Part shown: positions 60,047 through 64,000 of the stretch, piece by piece
How positions within the stretch are numbered: the stretch's first letter is position 1
How the letters are laid out: each line of letters begins with the position of its first letter
From: Selaginella moellendorffii
Taxonomy: Eukaryota; Plantae; Lycopodiophyta
Length of the DNA: 64,000 nt
Direction of reading: 5' to 3'
NCBI RefSeq assembly: GCF_000143415.4
Contig: NW_003314265.1
Coordinates: 324,405 to 388,404, forward strand
The notes under the pieces: model-generated
What the model was told of the DNA's origin: nothing
Databases searched by the model: none
Seen by the model: the letters and a program-made list of their open reading frames with translations, nothing else
Program-made: the position numbers and the translations under genes

Positions 60047-61945
60047 TTAGCTCTTCACCAAGCAATCCATGAAGCCTTGCTTGAGCTCGGCTTCGTTGAG
60101 GTTCTTGCCGATGAACACGAGCTTGTTCTGGCGTTTCTCGTTGGGACCCCATTCTCTGTCCATTGTTCCCTCGTATACCGCGTGAACACCCTGAGTAAAA
60201 GAGAAAACTTTCAGATCTTGCAAACACTTCTAGCATAGTCACCTGGAAAACAAATCGCTCCTTGCAATCCTCGATGGACAGGATGCCTTTCATTCGATAC
60301 AAGTCTTCGCTCCGTTCATCGAGCAGGTCCCCGAGCCATGTATCGATCTGTGCAATAGAATGAGTAAAAGGAAGACGAGGAGAACAGCTTACTTTCTCCA
60401 AATCCAAGTTCCCCTCACACATGATGCTCACGGACGACACTCCAGGGTCGTGGTGATGGTCGTGCTTGTGCTCGTGTTTGTGCTCGTGCTTATGCTCGTG
60501 TTCGTGGTCATGGCCTTTAGTTTGTCGGGTGTAAGACACACTAAAAGAATATAAATTCTTACCGTGTTCATGCTTGTGGTCATCGTGAGCATGAGCATTA
60601 GCTTTCTCTTTCTCTTTCTCGATCTCAACCTCCAGGCCCGCTACTCTGAAGTACAAAACAAACAATTAGCTTAGACGGGTTCCTCCAATGAAGCAAAGGA
60701 AAACTAGAAGGCGTACTTCTCCAGGTCAAAACCACCGACACCGAGAACGTAATCCATGTCGACTTTGCCATACTGTGTTGACTTAACACTCGCCATTGCA
60801 TTGATACGCTGCAAAAGAAGATTTTGAAAAGCTAGAGACACGATCTTCATACCTTTATTCTCTCGGATAGAGTTTGAATGGCCTTCTCGTCAACTAAGTC
60901 CACCTACAAAGAAAGCAAAAAAGAAAGAGAAAGGCCGGTTGGCAAAGATATCGCGTCATGAAAAAGCGAACCTTGTTGAGTATGATACGGTCGGCATAGG
61001 CTACTTGCTCCACGGCTTCATTCACCGCGCCATCTGGCTTCACTTCGTCAAGATGCATAGGAGCGTGCTTGGCGTCCACCATCGTGACAACGCCGTCAAG
61101 TCGATAATGGTGCGCTACTCTGTCTTCCGCGTAAAATGTCTGAATGATCGGAGCAGGATTAGCCAGGCCTGGAACGATGACAAAGATGAAGAAGCTCTCG
61201 AATCAAACTCGACAAATCCAAGAGCCAGTACCCGTAGTCTCGATCAGGACGTGATCATACAAGCCTTTCTTCGTGAGAAAAAGCTCCTTGAGCATGTTGA
61301 CGAGGTCCCCTCGCACCGTGCAGCAAAGACAGCCATTGTTGAGCATCATGATATCTTCCGTGGCAGATTTTCGGCCAACAACGAGGCTGTCATCGATGCC
61401 AACTTCTCCAAACTATGAAATCACAAAACTAAAATGAGAGATAAGAAGAAAAAAGAAAGAGAGAAACAAGTACCTCGTTCTCAATGACAGCGATCCTTTT
61501 CCCATGCTCGCCAGTGAGCACGTAGTTTAGCAGCGTAGTCTGCCATCAAGACATGATAAGTTCATGGTTGAAAAACTTACAAAGAAAACTTTGCATGAAG
61601 AAGAAGAGAAGATTTTACCTTGCCAGCGCCAAGAAATCCAGTGATCACAGTGATAGGAACCCGATTATCGACGCAGACATGGCTCTCGGGAATCTCAGTT
61701 GGAGCAGTCTCCTGCTGGGTGGTCGCATTTGCCAGAGTTCTAACGCTCAGCTTCCTCGTCGCAGACATTCTCCCCTGAGCGCCTATTCCTTTCGCTACCC
61801 TTGGAGCTAATCTCCCATAGAACCTCAATCCACCGCCACTGGCCTTGTTGAAAACCATGACCACCGACGACGCGCTTGCGCGCGTCCCATGCGCCCACGC
61901 CAATCCTCTTCCACACAATGCCATTGCCGCGCTTGCTGCCGCCAT
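60047..61945 (-). CDS. CobW/COG0523 (ZNG1-like) G3E GTPase metallochaperone with transit peptide
   Basis: RVPITVITGFLGAGK, IAVIENE, NNGCLCC, IETTGLA, EQVAYADRIILNK, a His-rich linker, and CobW_C motifs LYRMKGIL and NKLVFIG. Confidence 0.93.
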
Positions 61946-62540
61946 CACTTGCGCGCTTCTTCTTTCCTTGCTAAACCTACGCCGCTAGCCTGGAATTCTG
62001 GCGGTCAAAAAGAATTCTTTCCCTCGATCGCTCCCAGGAATGCGATCGCGCAGAGCTCCAATGCCGCGGCGAGAGAGGAAGAGAGGGAGGGACTGGACCT
62101 TTCCTTCTAGAGCCCTCTTTCCGGATTACCGGAATGTACCACCAGATAAACGATGGACGGACAGGGATTCGCGATCGGACGGCCGCCAAGAAATATCTAT
62201 CTCCTAGAACCCTAAACCCTACCCTCCTACGTAGAAAATTTTGCCTCAAAAAAGAAGCAAAACGTAAATTTATGGATTTTTGTTCTTCAAGTTTTGATGT
62301 TCTTCAACACGGCCAATTCAATCTTCTTGAGCGTGGATTGAGCTGCAACACATTCCAATCGATCCAGAGTGAAAAATCCTTCTCAAACACGAAGCTACAA
62401 ACTAAAATGTCTGATGCAAAACCTGGAGATCTAGGGCAGTATCATATAGAGAGGAGAAAAGAACTGTAGAAAAAGGAAAAAAGAGAGTGTGTGGATTCCA
62501 AGCAAAGGTAAATACCTGAAGAATCCAGCCGCCGCGATGA

Positions 62541-62777
62541 TCAAGGCTTCTTTTTTACAGTCTTCTCCTCGCTGGGAGCAACGCTTTGATAGTATGCAAA
62601 CGTGATCACGCCCGTGACGAGCAAAACTCCAGCAAGAAACGCCGGATACCTCCCCGATTTCTTCAACGTAACCCCGCCCTCCTGGTGTAGAACTTGCCTG
62701 GATTCGTGAGCAAACATCTCCCGGTGCGCCGTATCTTTCGCTGCCCCGTCCACATCCTTGCCGCCGCCGCCAGCCAT
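62541..62777 (-). CDS. Small (78 aa) hypothetical protein with one C-terminal TM helix
   Basis: MAGGGGKDVDG...PAFLAGVLLVTGVITFAYY...KKKP*. Good ATG context (CCATGG). Confidence 0.5.
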   Translation of the reverse strand: MAGGGGKDVDGAAKDTAHREMFAHESRQVLHQEGGVTLKKSGRYPAFLAGVLLVTGVITFAYYQSVAPSEEKTVKKKP

Positions 62778-63190
62778 GGATTTGGAGATCGGATCGCTCG
62801 CGCTAGGGATTCCCCAGGGGAAGAGCACGAGAAAGAGCCCTAAATTTTTTCTACCCCAAATTCTGTGCCCTGGCCTGTTCTTTCTTTCTCGTGGTGTGCT
62901 GTCACCTTGCCAACGGCCTATGCTGCCACGTCGACACACTTTATTAATGCACAGTAAAGGGGTCGGGGGATCGAATCCTGGGAGATGGCCTCGACATGAA
63001 AGTAGAAAGTTTTTGACTTCTCGCGAAAGATTATAGGGTTCTTATTGGATTTGTTGCTCCTAGGTCAGCTGGATCGATTTCCCGGTTCCTCGAGCTGGAT
63101 GACGCATCACAATGGATAATGCGATAGCGCAGGTACGAGAAGGGATAGCGCTGCAGCGAATTCGGCTCGTAGAGTAGAGGAATTTAGGGA

Positions 63191-64000
63191 ATGGCGTGGG
63201 CCGTGAGGAAATCAGGGGTTCGTAGCTTGAATAAGATCTATGCGAATTGGGAGAATGCGAGAGGATTTCAACCGCTTGGTGAGTTGAGGAACAGATTAGA
63301 GAATGGAAGCTCGAGGAACTACTACAGGACGAACTCCTCGAATCAACTCGTAGTCCAGCCATCGTACAATGGGAAAAGAGCGTTTCTTGTGGACACACTC
63401 CAATTGGTATCGTATAGTTTTGTGTGTTGTTTTTTTGGATTGGATGGCTATCTAAGCTGTGGTTCCATTTAAAACAGGTAAGGCGGCTTGAGAAGCAGGG
63501 TCTAACCGATAATCAAGCTGAAGCTATCACCGCTGTGATCACCGAAGTGCTCAATGATAGCTTGGAGAATGTTGCTCAGTCCTTCGTTTCCAAGCCAGAG
63601 ATGCAGCGTGTAAGTGATCGCTTGACGTCTTCGTCACTCACCCGTGCTTTTCGTGTTAGAAAGAGTTGATGCAAGAGGCAGTCCTTTCGAAGTTGAGAGC
63701 AGAGATCGTCAGCCAGCTCGTGAGCTATTTCATTTTCTCGATTTTTTTCAAGTGTCACTTCTGGCTTTTCATCGCAGGAGCATCATGTGTCTACCTCACA
63801 GCGGGAATCAGAACGACTACGGACAGATCTTGACAAGCTGAAAAGCGAGTTGAAGTAAGTCGTAAGTAAAGTCCTGAGTTCCTCCTCAACCACTGTTTTC
63901 CGCTTGTAGATACGAGATCGACAAGGTTACAGCAGGCCAGCGCCTTGATCTCAACCTTGAAAAGGGGTAGGCAAACTCTCCGCGATTTTGGTTTTCTAGA
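63191..64000 (+). CDS. DUF1640 (FMP32/CCDC90/MCUR1-like) mitochondrial coiled-coil protein; 3' part lies outside the window
   Basis: NGKRAFLVDTLQL/VRRLEKQG...QAEAITAVITEVLNDSLENVAQSFVSK and YEIDKVTAGQRLDLNLEKG. Confidence 0.88.

Overview
Eukaryotic plant nuclear DNA. It is extremely gene-dense, with about 29 genes in 64 kb, mostly 50-70 nt introns, intergenic gaps often under 200 nt and telo-box promoters. This architecture and gene content fit the lycophyte Selaginella moellendorffii (inference). Most genes are conserved housekeeping loci: AMK5, HOS1, DCAF1, BAC2, PYD1, mitoferrin, TON1, a UBP, a GT77-like transferase, LMW-PTP, a ZNF706/SERF-like protein, beta-carbonic anhydrase, a CCCH protein, GPI8, LPP-delta, thioredoxin h, CobW and FMP32/DUF1640. 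An AT-rich accessory stretch (about 16.6-25.3 kb) holds an SCPL gene, a PLS-PPR gene, a BAHD acyltransferase, a TON1 pseudogene and two degenerate tRNA genes. The best candidate for a novel system is the 9.2 kb gene at 40217-49468. It encodes a toxin-type ParB/Srx-like domain fused in one exon to a Upf1/Sen1-like helicase, then a RelE/ParE-like segment, a UvrD-like helicase and TPRs. This resembles a nucleic-acid sensor-effector immune protein, and this copy appears damaged at motif V of the second helicase. Other notable items are an SLC1/DAACS transporter with NMDG->NRDG and TM8 Asp->Gly changes, a YihQ-type sulfoquinovosidase-like GH31 with Arg->Gln in the sulfonate pocket, a P450 with a possible alternative plastid-targeting first exon, a tRNA-His body with a GUA anticodon, and a 55-nt U12 intron. 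All assignments come from motif recognition by eye; no searches were run.
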